A stretch of DNA of 64,000 nt from Tubiluchus corallicola (GCA_030141605.1 JAQGDQ010000125.1:508135-572134), one strand, 5' to 3'. Positions 1 through 50,610 are shown, counted from the first letter of the stretch. Notes: a model not told the origin generated them from the sequence alone. Numbers and translations are program-made.

Positions 1-399
1 TTCTAGGCTGTAGTTAGGCATGTAATTTTTTAATGAAATTTGCCAAAAAAATTACGTCCTGAATCTGTAAAAGTTTATCACACTCTGTCTGAAGATATCT
101 GTTCTTCATTTTGCTATGTTTTTATAAGCAACAATACGCTAGTATAATTATATTATATTGTGTAAATGTTATGTAAGTGTTTTGTTACTCTATTTATCTC
201 TATTTTGAATCTCTATTTTATGTTGGAAATTGAATTGAGTTAGTAAAAGCTCAGCCTCATCAACAATTTTCAGCAAAAGTTTAAGAAACGTGTTAAAATG
301 GTATTCTAGTTACTTTTGTAAAATAGTATTCTAATTACTTTTGGAAAATAATTAAGTAATTAGCCAAATAATTGCTCGATTTTACTTTCGCCAATTGCT

Positions 400-522
400 T
401 TATACACACAATTCAGCGCTTGGGCAGTCATTCATTGACGACATCATGGCAGGAAACTTTAAAAGACTGCCACCATCTCTTTTTGCTTTACTACATCTGC
501 TTTCTACACAATTTCTGGGCAT
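400..522 (-). pseudogene. Truncated THAP-domain start, probably a DNA-transposon relic
   Basis: Minus strand reads MPRNCVESRCSKAKRDGGSLLKFP, matching the THAP N-terminus (MPxxCxxxxC...S(L/F)xxFP). It stops after 40 aa without the conserved W and CxxHF. Confidence 0.55.
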
Positions 523-1592
523 TTTGCACACGTATAATATACAAAAAGTTGCACAACACAAAAGTAAACTTCTGTACTTTCAACAGTTTAACAAACCGCA
601 GCTTGTCACCACAGACAGACACAGACATGCCATAGTACTTTTCAGACAGTCATCCTCATCCTGTCATGATGTCACTCACCAGCCGAAGCTTGGCGAGTAA
701 AGATGCAGTACCGCAAATGTTCAATTGCTGAGATTTAACGCATTTTATTAATGAATTCACATAACTGCCATGCTGTTGCGCTATTTCTTTTTCTGCGTAA
801 GTTGTTAATTTTCATATTTGTATAAAAAATGGCTGAGCATTTACTTTAAAGTTTGCATAATATTTTGCTGGCTGCTCACAATCGGGCGGTTTATCAAGTA
901 AAGGTAGTTGTTGGTTTCTTTTAGTGATTGTATGAATTTCGGTTCTCCAAAAAGCTGTTGATCAGCTTGTTATTTTGTTTCTTGAATAGTTTTCACTAAC
1001 TGTATTATTACATTGTCTCTGTAATACATGTATAAGTAATTGTAATCCATCCTTATTCTTTTTATTTTGCAACTTTTCATTCTCTTCGAGAGAATTTGTA
1101 AGTTTGAGCAGCTTGATTTATTTATCTATTGTATCTGTAATAAAAGTATCAAAATTAGTGCCGTTTTGCATATAATGTGCATGTATATAATATTATTATA
1201 TTGTTAATGTCGTATTGCCTGCCTTGTAGTAGTTGTTATTAGAGCTATATTCATAATAAAGTTATCCGATTTTTATTTAAATCCACTTTTAAAATGTATT
1301 ATTTGTTTCATTTAACGAGATGCAAAACCTCAATTAAAACGTACAATTGTGCATGTAACCTAAGCCTTCCTGTGGGTAAGACTACTTCCTAATTAAGTGA
1401 CTTTTGCAATTATTGTTACATTTTGTATGATGGTACAGCAATCATCATTGCTTTCCTGTAAAGGGGTGGGATTGGTCTGATCATTTTCCTGAATCTTATT
1501 TGAGATTTTGGGTATGACTGCTGTTTGAGTACAGCAATTTTAGTAAAGTTTGTAGAAGTAAAAACTCTTGATTAAGAAACATCTTAACTGGT

Positions 1593-1880
1593 TTGTCAAA
1601 AGCACTGCATAGTCATAGCCATTTCTTATGGAACTCAGTTCTCAAAGCTTTGTACCTCTTCATGGAACAGCTTCCAAGTAGTGCAATAAGAAAATGCATA
1701 GTATAGTTGCATATGAATAGACCCAGCGTTGGAAAACGTGTCTTACACAACAAGTATAAAACTGATTCCATTCGTACACTAGTATACTATACATTTACTT
1801 GCTGCACTTGTATCATGCACCAGTCCTAATTTTGAAAGCTGAGCTTCATGAGAATTTTTTTGGCTATTACTGTTCGACAA
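1593..1880. mobile_element. Degenerate palindromic (foldback) MITE
   Basis: Arms pair across the element: agtcatagccatttcttatggaactcagttctcaaa (1611-) with ttttgaaagctgagcttcatgagaa..tggctattactg (-1872), and inner caagtagtgcaataagaaaatgcatagtata with tatactatacatttacttgctgcacttg. No TSD identified. Confidence 0.55.
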
Positions 1881-2139
1881 CTAAGATAATCATTTGTCAG
1901 GTCAAAAATAATAGAGAATTGGAAAAGAATTGTTATAATGGCAGTTAGCATCTGCATCATTTTGCATAGCAAGCAGTTTTAAGTTAAAGAAAACGTTTTT
2001 CACAAAAAGAAATGCAGATTAAGTCATATGAGTTGGCAGTAAACTTATTTATTTGGAAAACTCGCATCATTAAAAAAGTAAGTTCGTATTAATTAAGTAA
2101 TTTGTGTCAGTGGTCAAGAAGTTACACAATCCCTTAGCC

Positions 2140-2758
2140 AAGCAGACATTTGGCAGTGGACACTTGCCTTAGGCACATGTGCAATGGGCAGTTGACATTT
2201 GAGCAGCTGAAAGTTAAGCAGTGTCACTTTGGTAGTAGATAAACAGTAGTTTAAGCAGAGTAGATTTACCTACTTACGTACCTGATTGTTGCCTGTCTAT
2301 CTTTAATTACCTACCTACTTATTAATTGATAATTATCCAACTATGTGCTGACCCAGCTGCTTGTTCTGTACTGTTTCATTCTGTTTTGTTCTGGCTTGCC
2401 CTGTCTGGGGCTGATCTCATCTGATCTGTTCCATTCTGTTTTTTTGTAGCCTATTGTACTCTGTATAATAGTGCAGAGCATTATACAGAGATATATTGTA
2501 CTCTTTATCCACGCACACGCATGTATATCTATATTTTACAATTAAAGTGTCGTGTAGATAAGTAGGTTAATAAGAAAGTGGCAAAATAAGTTTAGTTGAG
2601 TAGATATAAGTATGTAAGACTGGCAGTATTCCTGAAAAAATGTGCAGCAGCTGGCAATTGTATCCATTGTTTTGCGCGCTGCCAAACAGTTACAGTCAAG
2701 TATCAACTGCCCAAATGTTCACTGTCAAAGTGCCGCTGCCCAAGTTACCTAGAGCCTG
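2140..2758. mobile_element. Degenerate foldback element with GGCAG/CTGCC subterminal repeats
   Basis: The left arm repeats (t)ttggcagt/tgggcagttga and the right arm their complements tcaactgcccaaa/ctgcccaag. Internal acctactt and aagtaggt blocks are also inverted. Confidence 0.45.
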
Positions 2759-2762
2759 CACG

Positions 2763-3830
2763 ATTACAGAAATCCACAATTGCAGCCTACATCAGTAAAA
2801 CAGAAAAATAATTATTATCAATACTTACCCCTATTATTTTAGAATGTGAGTGTGTCAGCCACTAACACGTAGGGTTCTAAAAATAGGCATAGACAATTAG
2901 ACATCTTTATTTAATACAGGAGAGGGAGCCGCAAGGTAACTAAATAATGTACTAGACAAAATATTATACAATTTATTTTTAATAATGGCGCGAGTCTCTG
3001 CTGTACACATAATGCGCATAGCTCGGTTCAAATTCACTTTAGTTTCGTAAGAATCTAGATCGCAACTGAGCTGAATTGGTTATTAAGAGTGCTCGTTGTG
3101 ATTCATAAACGTTCCCGTGAGTTAAGAAACGAAAAGTTACAAACACCCTGTGGTTTCTCTCACCTCTCTCCACTTGTATGGGGCAAACGATGAAATCGAT
3201 TACAGGTGTTCTTCAACCCTGTGGCACCTTTATTCTTCTTCAAAATTTTTTTTTTGTTTTTTTTTGTTTTGGTGTTTTTTGTTGGTTTGTGTTTTTTTTT
3301 TTTTTTTGTGTTTTTTTTTTTTTTTTTTGTTTTGTTTGTTGTGTTTTTTTTTGTGTTTTTTTTTGTTTTTTGTTTGTTTTTTTTTTTTTGTTTGTTTTTT
3401 TTTTTTTGTGTTTTCATTTGCTGTGCTATAACTTTGCTGGCTAACCTTTCACTTCCTGATATGAAAAGATTTTTTTTTGTTTTTTTTTTGGGGTTTTTCA
3501 GAGCTACTGTATCATATATTACAGAAATCCACAATTCCAGCCCGCATCAGTAAAACAGAAAATTTGTTTTCAACATTAAATTTTAATGCTTTTATTTTAG
3601 AATGTGAGTTTGTCAACCAATAAAATGTACAGTATTATAAATGATACCCAATTATTATTAATAATAGTGTGAATTTCTATGGTGAATCAAATTATCAAGA
3701 CAGCTCGACAGTCGACACGAATCGAATTCACTTCCGTGACTCTAGATCACAACAGTTCTGTATTGGTTCTTAGGAGTGCTCTTGTGATCCGCAAGCGTGC
3801 TCATGAATTAATAAAAGAAGTTAAAGCCCA
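2763..3830. repeat. Diverged direct duplication upstream of Rac1 (copies ~2763-3148 and ~3518-3830)
   Basis: Shared colinear blocks: attacagaaatccacaatt.cagcc..catcagtaaaacagaaaa, ttttagaatgtgagt.tgtca.cca, aattcactt, tctagatc.caac, attggtt.tta.gagtgctc.ttgtgat. Confidence 0.8.
3246..3490. repeat. T/G low-complexity (degenerate poly-T) tract
   Basis: Runs of T broken by single Gs. This explains the spurious poly-F and poly-K ORFs. Confidence 0.9.
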
Positions 3831-3986
3831 CAATCCTTCACGCGCTAATTGGCGTCCATGTTGGGAGTGAACCTTTAAAAGTTGTGTGTGAAGTTCCGTT
3901 TTTAAATAAAGTGCTTTTATTGTCATTACGTTGCACATGCACGCTTTCAAATTGTAGTCATCAGTTTGTTATAGTAGCAAGAAACT

Positions 3987-11910
<7,924 letters not shown>

Positions 11911-12477
11911 TCATTGTTTCTTTTTGTATAGGATTTGTTAATTATAAAATGCTAATTTAATTGATTTCACATCCCTCGCAAATGCTTGGCTATAACTTAT
12001 ATGGATTGTGGTCAATTATTATAAGATCTTATTTAATATAATAATGAAAGCCATTTAGGCATTCAAACATTTGGCATTTGTGTTCAGAGACCAAACAATT
12101 GTAAGACAGTTAATTATTCATTGAATACGTTAATCAGCTTGATAATTCAAGAATTTAAAGACGTCAAATGCAACCAGTTTTTTAATGAAAATGCCAAGTA
12201 ATCTTTTATGAAAGTTGAGAATTGACTTTGTTAAAGTGTACATGTGTTGTCAATAGATGAATTTTGCCAAGTGTTTGACACATAATTATGATACCGTAGA
12301 GCTATAATAATGAAGTTTTTAGTGCCAAGTTCATTATCTGGGGGCATAAATGATTCTAACTGCTGCCTGTCATGGCATCATTTTAGGTGCTTGAATTTTG
12401 TTTCTTTTGGTGTAGTGCATTGGTTCTGAAAACTGATAGACTGAGATCGAATTTGTGTGATAAAGAACACTTAGAAG

Positions 12478-12753
12478 CAGGTCCTATTTCAGTCTAAGCG
12501 AAGCGAGGCCCGGGGAAGTGGGGCGTGTGAGGCCTCCTTCGGGGGGGAAGCGCCGGGGGGCGGGCGCCACCATGTATGGCGCCCAGAAAATTTTTGAACT
12601 GCTAGAAGGCCGGAGAAGCATTTTCGAAGAGAAAATATGGAGTTATACAGTATGTTCGCATAAAGCAAAAAAATGTTACCTCGGCGCGAGGCCCCCCTGG
12701 AGGGTGAGGCCCCGGGGAAATATCCCCACTTCCACCCCCTGAAATAGGCCCTG
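12478..12753. mobile_element. hAT MITE (CAGGGCC-type ends), 276 bp, downstream of the Rac1 stop
   Basis: 15-bp TIR CAGGTCCTATTTCAG / CTGAAATAGGCCCTG (1 mismatch), with a perfect 8-bp TSD CTTAGAAG at 12470-12477 and 12754-12761. Confidence 0.92.
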
Positions 12754-14354
12754 CTTAGAAGTGAGGTAGTGTTGAACAAAAGACTCATGTACAGTGTGTC
12801 AGTGCCTGCATCTGTCAATGATTCTTTAACAAATAAACATATTAACTGAGCCAAAGATAAGATATAGGATCATTTTGAGGATCTATTATTTCAAATTAGT
12901 TTTGTTTATGAAAATTAGTTAACAATTTCTTTAAAAAGAACTTAAAAATGGTTCTTAGCTGTTCCATATTTCGTTGAAAACTAAATGTTTAAAGTCCCGC
13001 ATCACTGAAATTCAACGTTATTTTTTCATGATGTCCTGCTGATGCTGTAAATTAGTGACGAATTGGAATGGTGCTATGACAGTGTGAGTATTAGAAATTT
13101 TTGCCCTGCTTAATATTTGTATATGATATGAATAGAGTATAAACTATACTTAAGCTGTTTTGTTTTTGTTTGTCTCATGTTTGCATGGAAATTTCTATAT
13201 GATGTTACCGAATGCATAAATCTGTTCTGGCAGTGTTGCCTGACTGGCTAGCTTTTTGCAATATGATAATTTTGTAATTGCAACTCGCTTTTTAACTTGC
13301 AGCTCAGGGCTTTTTGGAACAAAACTATTTTCGAAGTTCATTCTACCTGAAATATTTTAGTTGTTGCTATGGTTGACTAAGCTTGAGAATTGATCTAATT
13401 TAGTTTAATTTCCTTTTAAAGAAGTTTTGATCTTTAATGTTTGTTACATAAATAAACAATTGAGTTGTTTTGCTGTTTTCTTTTTATGGCCCTGTATTTA
13501 TAAGCTGTTATATTGCATTTGTTTTAGTCCATTAATTATTATTGTAAATTAAATATTTGTAAGATGTAGTATCTATAGATTGCAGTTGTTACACGATATG
13601 ATTGTGATGTTTCTTTAGATAAGTTTTGAAAATCACTGCAACAAGTATTACACTGTTTCAAAAATAACAAGAATACATTGACACACGATTTGTACTTCTG
13701 TGTTACCATTTCACATTTTTATCTCTAACTGAGTGTCAAATTTAACCATTGTTGTTGTTATTGCTACAGCAACTATTCTAGGAATTGTGTGTATGATTTT
13801 GGCACTGTTGTTTTCAATACTTGAACATTACTTTTACCGCTTGCTTCCTGGTAATGTTTCTTCTAATATTCTGATAGGATATCTGTTACATTTAACTATT
13901 TATGTCAGAATATCTTATAGATTTTATAAATGTGGCGTTAGTTTCCTTCTGCCTTCCTCCTAGTTACAACATTGTTTATGTTGACAGCATCATGATAGTG
14001 AAATTGAGTTGTATCGTGTACGTTTCTGCTAGTTAGCTAGTTATAATTTATAATAATAATAATTAGACATAGGGGCGTTACTCTATGCTATGCATAATCG
14101 TTTCTCATTCAATTCATTTACATTTTCAGTTTGAATTTTCTGGCAATTTAGAACAGTGCCGTGTTTGGTATTTAGCTCTATGAAACTACTTGAAACTTTG
14201 CCACTTAGGTTGACCAAATTTTAAGAAATGAACTTCTGTATCATAATCAGTAGTCTGATAGATGTGCTTGTTGCTACTGTCAAGTTGTCAACATGACTGT
14301 AAAGTTCTTACAATTCTTTAATAAATAAACTACTTTGATAATAAGTCCGTTTTC

Positions 14355-14558
14355 TGTTGTCTATTAAGACAAATGCTCCGTCATGTTCGCATTTTTTCAG
14401 TTTTATGTCATCAAGACCTGATTTTAAAGTGTATTTACTACAGCTTAAAACACTTATGTTGTCTATTAAGACAAATGCTCCGTCATGTATACTTTTTTTC
14501 AGTTTTATGTCATCAAGACCTGATTTTAAAGTGTATTCACTACAGCTTAAAACATTTA
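14355..14558. repeat. Tandem duplication, 2 x 102 bp
   Basis: tgttgtctattaagacaaatgctccgtcatg...ctacagcttaaaaca starts at 14355 and again at 14457 with few substitutions. Confidence 0.95.
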
Positions 14559-14832
14559 CATTCCAATTGAATTTGGGAACTACAGTCAGTATAGGAACTA
14601 ACTAAAGTTGTGTGTCTTTGAAAACCACAATTTTTGTTATGCATAATTTTGAAAATTTCGGAAAGTTTACTCTTGAAAAGCTACTGTCTACATACAGCAC
14701 AACATTGGCAATTAATTGCAGCATTTGCAATTCAACCTTTATTTCACGTTTATTAGACTTGTACAACATGGAGGTATTTAATGTTGCTGACTAGCATTAT
14801 TAATTTTTCATACGTGTCAATGTCCTTTATGA

Positions 14833-14894
14833 CCTGTAGGTGGCAGCTCATGCCTGTAGGTAACTTGAATTAAAGGTGTGTCAGCAGGTGTCGT
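14833..14894 (+). promoter_or_regulatory. CTCF-like motif pair and CAGGTG E-box upstream of the first crumbs exon
   Basis: CCTGTAGGTGGCAG (14833-14846) matches CCASYAGRKGGCRS at 13/14 positions. TCAGCAGGTGTCGT (14881-14894) matches at 11/14 and contains CAGGTG. Motif match only. Confidence 0.35.
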
Positions 14895-14999
14895 GGCTTG
14901 TCATTGTTTTGTTATTTTTTGGTGTACCCGCAAAATTTTAATAAAACATGTGCATTTTTGGATATAAAGTATTGAATTGACAGTAGCTATTATTTAATC

Positions 15000-44470
<29,471 letters not shown>

Positions 44471-46083
44471 TGCAGTAATTTAAATATCAATTGTTATTTC
44501 AAACAAAGAAGTTTAGTTGAAATAAACTCTGACATGACCTGATGCAGCTGGATGCATTGTACTGTAGAGTCAGTGCCTCCTTTTTGACAACGTCTTCTTT
44601 CTTGGAGGAAGGTGTCATTCGGGTACTGTACAGTAGTATGTAGTCTTTAGTAGATTTTGTAAATAAGGTAAAATTGCTTTGAAGCATTTATACTTTTAGA
44701 TAAAGTAATCACATGTAGGTAGTGCTGTCATTAAAGTAGCGCTTTAGCTTCCCCTTTTCAGTTTTCAGCTTTTGCTTCCCCTTTAAGACAAGTGGAGAAA
44801 TAATTCAGATTTTCCTGATTGCATACTTTTATTTATATGTTCTAATGTGTATAAAACATTCCATGTCTAAAGGTTGTGATTTTAAAGTTGTAATTATTGT
44901 GAAGCTGGAATGGTGTAGGTGATATGATGCATTAATTGTTATAAATATGCGATGTATGTCTTCTTAAGTCATTTCTAACTTTTATTATGTGTTGTCGCAT
45001 CGTGTCTTACCCTAATCATTCAAATGTAAGACTTAATCAATTGATGTACTTTTTATTATGGACTATGATATACTAGATTATTTATTTTAGATTCTTTTTT
45101 ATAATTTTAGAAATTATGCAATTGTAAACACATAATATTTCCAGTACTGGCAGCTATTTCATTAATGATGTGCTCAGACTGTTCCATCCATATAATAATG
45201 TGTACTGTGCAGTGTATATTTATAAAAAGTGAATCTGTGGTTGTAAAGTTGTATTATTATTAAGAAAAATATCTAGTTTTTATAATGTAAAAATCGTGTA
45301 AATTTGTGGGCTTACACATTTTTAAGTAAGTTTCTTAATGGGGAACATTTAAATTTTATTGCAAAATCAGATTTTAACATTCAGACATTCCAGTCTATAG
45401 CTTTAAGAGGAAATATAAGTTTTGCTAGTTCTATGACCAATGTTTAAATATCATGTAAATTACTGGATTAGCTTTTTAAACATGTTAATTGACACAGAAT
45501 GGTAATAAATTATTATTTTTATGGGTAATAGTTACTTTTCCGAAGTATTTTTAATCTTTTTCGCTTGGCAACTGTAATACACCTTAGCAATTTACCACTT
45601 GTTTTATTTGGCCTAATCTTTTAAACAGTTTAAATCAGAAAAAACTGGATCAAGAAATTTAATTCTCAATAATTTTGATACTTTTAATTACTGTTTGATT
45701 GACTATCAATAGTGATCTCAAACGTGATCGAACATTGTTTGTTTTTTGTTAATATTTACAAACATGGTGCCTGTATTAACAAAAATTGATTTGCCGGTAC
45801 AGTGTGTACATGGGAAAATTAGCAACTTGAGCTTTAGCAAAACTTATAGATTTTAAAAAGAGAAATTACTTGCAAAAATCAAGAGTAACAAAATATGAAA
45901 CTGCTACACTCCCTTTGTGCGTTGTTTCTGTAAGGTTTAAACATTTGAAAAGGACCATTATGCTAACTGTGAAGAGAGACAATGGAAGCGGTTACTCTGC
46001 CCTTCACTGAAATTTAATGTATCAAACAAGAAGCTTCTAGTTTTGATGATGATAGACAATTGGAGCAAGTTATTCTGCTAATT

Positions 46084-49000
46084 TTACTTTCCTTCATCTT
46101 TACCATTGTCTCCATATTCAGCAATCATCGAATCCATTGAGCTAACAGCTTTTCTATTTGAGTTGTTTCCACTGTAAAACACAAAAAAAAGAATGGATCA
46201 AATTTGTGATTCAAACATACACGAGTTTTCTAACACCTTCGTAATATAATATTGATAGACAAGTTTCTACATAAAATGTACTCTGGAGGTTTAGGTCTTC
46301 TTATTACAATACTCACAATTTGTTGGTTGACACTGGCTCGTCAGGATCGTCAAAGAAATTAAGTATTTCTTCCAGTTGTGCAGGTGTAAAATTATCATCA
46401 TCTGCAGCAGGGGATGCTAACACAGTTGCATTTTCTCCTCCTTTAAAACTTATCTTCTTTGTCTTGTTTGCACTTTCACTAGTTTTCTTTGCATGAACAG
46501 GTGACTCTAACATCTGTTGGAGAAAGCCAAATGATCCCGTTTCAGGAGCATTGGTTTTGTCGTCAAAGCTGACTTTGTTCGTTCGTTTTTTCTGCCCCGT
46601 ATCCATTTTCTTACTCAATGAAGCTGCACTGTTAACTTTCATGTCTAAATCTGCACTCAGGGTATTTCTCATGCCCTCATCATAAGAAGCGCGGGGAGAG
46701 GTTGATTTACGTATGACCGTGTCTTCGGTACTGGAGTCGCTGTCACTAGATCCAGATCTGACAACATTGTGAGTTTCACACGTCTCGACTTCAACATCTG
46801 TGTCATCAGAGCCAGCTCTGGATGCTGGATTCAGCTTTTCCATTGAAATGCAACTCGCTTTTCCGGATGATCGGCTGAGTTCTCCGGATTGTCTTCTGGA
46901 CAAGTTCAGATCTTCTGATACAAGCAAGCTGTTACTACTCACTAAGCTCATGTTATCCATCTCCGGTGTAAGACTGGTGATGTCAGCTCTATCTACAGCA
47001 TCAGCATCATTTTGCTGTCCCTCGTTCATGTCGTTCTCACATACAATTTCATCTTCATCACTGTCATTCTGTTCTGCTAAAAAGTTTACAAGAAAGAGTG
47101 GAATAATTCATTTAGTACATTTTCGCCAATTGACTGTTCTAAATAACTAAAAAAATTATATGTGTGTACAAAACTTAAACTTACGATAACTGTTCGGAAT
47201 AGCAAGATCCATTATGACTCTTAAATCTCGTACAGTTTTCTTATCACCATCAACAGCAGACAGCCACTGCTTGCAAGCAAACTCATACTGCCTCTGTTCT
47301 GAAGCATCTACCACTATAACTTTTTCCAAGAACCATGCATGCCCTAGAAAACCATGGTTTTCAAAGTTACAACTGTCGGGATTTAGATCACGCTTTTTCA
47401 TAATTTGATATTGTCATTTTCCAAATTCATTGTTACATTCAGTAAATAATTCTCTATTTTCAGACTTTGCCTAACAACTACTTGCAGGTTATTCTGTTTG
47501 CCAGTGTTATTTCAAAAGGGCATTCATTAAATTAAAATACTTACGTAATTCAGGACTATCATGCCCAATTCTGATAAGTGTTAACGGCCCAAGATGGAAT
47601 CCGTTTATAGTAAATGTGTCAGTCTAAAATTAAAAATAACAACGTTTTCATCAGGTAAATAGGTGGTCTTGATAGGTGGTCGTAAATAGGTAGCGCTGTG
47701 TAAGGAACGCTACTTCATTGGGACTGGAGAAATTACTGAGAAATAAAATAAAATACAGTCCATCAGAAGTAGAACTCTGTTGGGAGATAATAAGAATTAC
47801 GAAAGATCTGTTAAATGGAGTTATTTATATTATCTTGAAGAAACTATAATAAATGCGGTTGTGAAATGAAACTTCAAGAAATGGTGTGCGATTATCCATG
47901 TGTTTAAAAAACTAACGATTCTACTTTTTCTGGTTTAATTTACTTGTGGGGACTACTAAAGTTGATACCTGTCCTTTACTGAACTTCCTTCGTTTCTTGC
48001 GATCGTTGTCTCGTAAACTATTTGTTAAAACAATTTTCTCAGAACGTCCTGTTTGTCCATACAGAATGATGTGCACGTCAGTACGAGTTCCAGCTCCTAT
48101 TTTTCTTCCCGTGGTCACTCGCATTTTGTATGTAGCTTTAGTGCCTTCATAGAGGATTGGTACCTAAAACATGGACAGGTGGTAGTACATGTAACTGCAC
48201 TTGTACATGTAAGTACATGTATATGCACAGGTACATGTAATTGCATTTGGCATACAATTGTATCTACGTATAGTAACTTGAAAAATAACTTTCAGTGTTA
48301 ATTCGATGAGAATAAATGATCAAATTTTGAAATGAAAGGTAAGTAAAATGTATATAATACCTCAAGGGGATCTGTTTGAATTGAAATATCTTCCATTGTT
48401 CCCGTATACACCCATTTCTCTGTTTGCCTGGCAGCGTCTACCTGTCGTTTTAACATGCCTGGTGTGGCTGGGCGTGGTATCAGACGAGTGGGTTGGTCAT
48501 GTGATCTCATGTTGTTCAGCAAAACCTCATCTTCGCTTACATCAACTTTGAGAATCTGCTGTCTAAATAAAGACAGAGGGTAAGTGAGCGATTTGGAAGA
48601 AAATTGACACAACCCACTGTTCTTACATTGAGTAGTATGTATCTCATGTGATATCTACTATAATGATCACAAACAGTTAAGAAATATTGCATCATCGAAC
48701 TCGTCTGCCTTGTGTAATGGCTAAGGAAGAACTGTTAAAGATAGTGATCTTTAATAAGAGCTATAGATTGGCGTTTTAGTGGTTGCTGCTACAAAAATAC
48801 GTAGATCATTAATTTCCATCTGTATTATAAAGTAATACATATATAGTGTAATACATTATTTGCTTTCAGATGGTGGCTTAAGCTCAAAATTTGTGGGTTA
48901 ATCCAAATGGGTTAGATCAACAGCATTTCAGTCCATATGTGCAACGACATGAGTAAAATACTAAAATATATAAAATACTAAAAGAGAATCTCTAGGATTG

Positions 49001-50572
49001 AAATAACTTCAGTTATTTGAGGTATAGTCAGTCAGCTTGAAATGAGAAAGAGCAGGAGAGGGAGGAAAAAGACGAGGACACAACTCAAAGAAATTGCTGG
49101 AAGCACACAATTTGTCACTGAAATCACAGCACTAAATGGTTATATCAGTTGAAACCTGGGGAGCCATTTCGTAAAAAGTGAAACATTTTTGTGACCGTAC
49201 CTTAACCACTCTGGTAGACTAGATGGCATAGAAGATCCAGGTGGTGATGATATAGCTAACATGCCGCTGCTTCCGCGAGCTGAGTACAAGCCATCATACA
49301 CGTTCTGAAAAAACACCATACTGTATATTTTTGGCATTTTGCTTTAGAACGAGTTTTAAGATGGATTACGACAATATTAAGGCACATCTCTGACAAATGT
49401 CCTTGTTGCAGAAGGCAACGTGCGATGCAGACAATATTATTAAAGCGCTTGATGATGCTGCTGCACAGTGAATTCAGAAAGGTAGGCGATATTTCCACCC
49501 AGTATGACTTGGTAAGGAAAAATATGAACTATCCAAGCACGTCTTTCATCTGAGATACAATAATGAAAGACTTAGACATGGCGCCCGGTATTAGACTTTA
49601 TCCGGTGGTGAAACAAGGAGACTGCTGTGACTTTTTTTTAGAAATTCTAATGAACAACTAAAATCGTAAAAACGGCTATACTTGATGATGTGAATGTCCA
49701 ACAGGAAAATGAAGGCTCCGCACAGTACTTGTTTTGGACCTTGTTTTACCCACTTTTGTCTCTATAGATGCAGTGCTCCTCTTAGCTTTCCTCTGGAACA
49801 AAAACAGTTGAACTTAATTGCCTTTATATAACATATTTTGTCTACATTAATAGTTATAAAAACGTGTGAAATTATACTGTATAATTTTTCATTTATTATA
49901 CTGGTAAGGGTTTTATGTACAATGTATGTAATATATAATGTGCAGCGTTATCGTGATAAGAATTCCTGTATTCATCTATGGCGTTCAGAGAGCATTTCAG
50001 TCCCATTTATGGTATTGCAAACTTCATTAGTCCATTGTTGCATACAGTATCTAAGCATGATTTGCTTTGCTTGAATAAAGATTTTGTTTTACTTACAAAT
50101 GTTGTTTCTTTAGCCTTTTCTCTTGCTTCTTCCTTTTGCTTTTCCTGCAATTAACATTTACTACGTCATACACTTGAGTAAGAAGTCACGCTTTTCATAA
50201 ATCAAATTTAAAATGTGAACTTGTGAAGTAGTACCAAATACCGATCCAGCTGCCATGTTTTTCATTCAAGTTTTTCAAAGATCACATTGTAAACTTAATT
50301 TCTGTTGCAAATCACGTGTCACTGTTAGCTATTCTTATCCACAGTTGGCTATCCTCTTCTGGATCAGTTTATGGTAACCTTAGATTTACGTACCAAAAGC
50401 AGTATTAATTTTGTTGCCATTGTCACCAGACGATTGTATTCCTCGTTGGGGATCTTCCAAGGAGGTGGTTGGTAAGTGACAGAATTTTCTGCAGCCCAAC
50501 TTGCAGAATGTAACGAACTATGAATTTTGTCTCTGCGAAAAAACAAAATCTTAGTAATTTTGTAAAGTTTTT

Positions 50573-50610
<38 letters not shown>

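Noticed and set aside
3150-3553. Poly-Phe and poly-Lys ORFs
   Set aside because: Translations of the T/G low-complexity tract.
47636-47656. CCTGATGA-AAACGTTG on the minus strand as a third hammerhead
   Set aside because: Stem II and G12 are missing, so it is too short to distinguish from chance.
50242-50301. Extra PLAT-gene exon
   Set aside because: Stop codons in all three frames, and the flanking exons join in frame without it.
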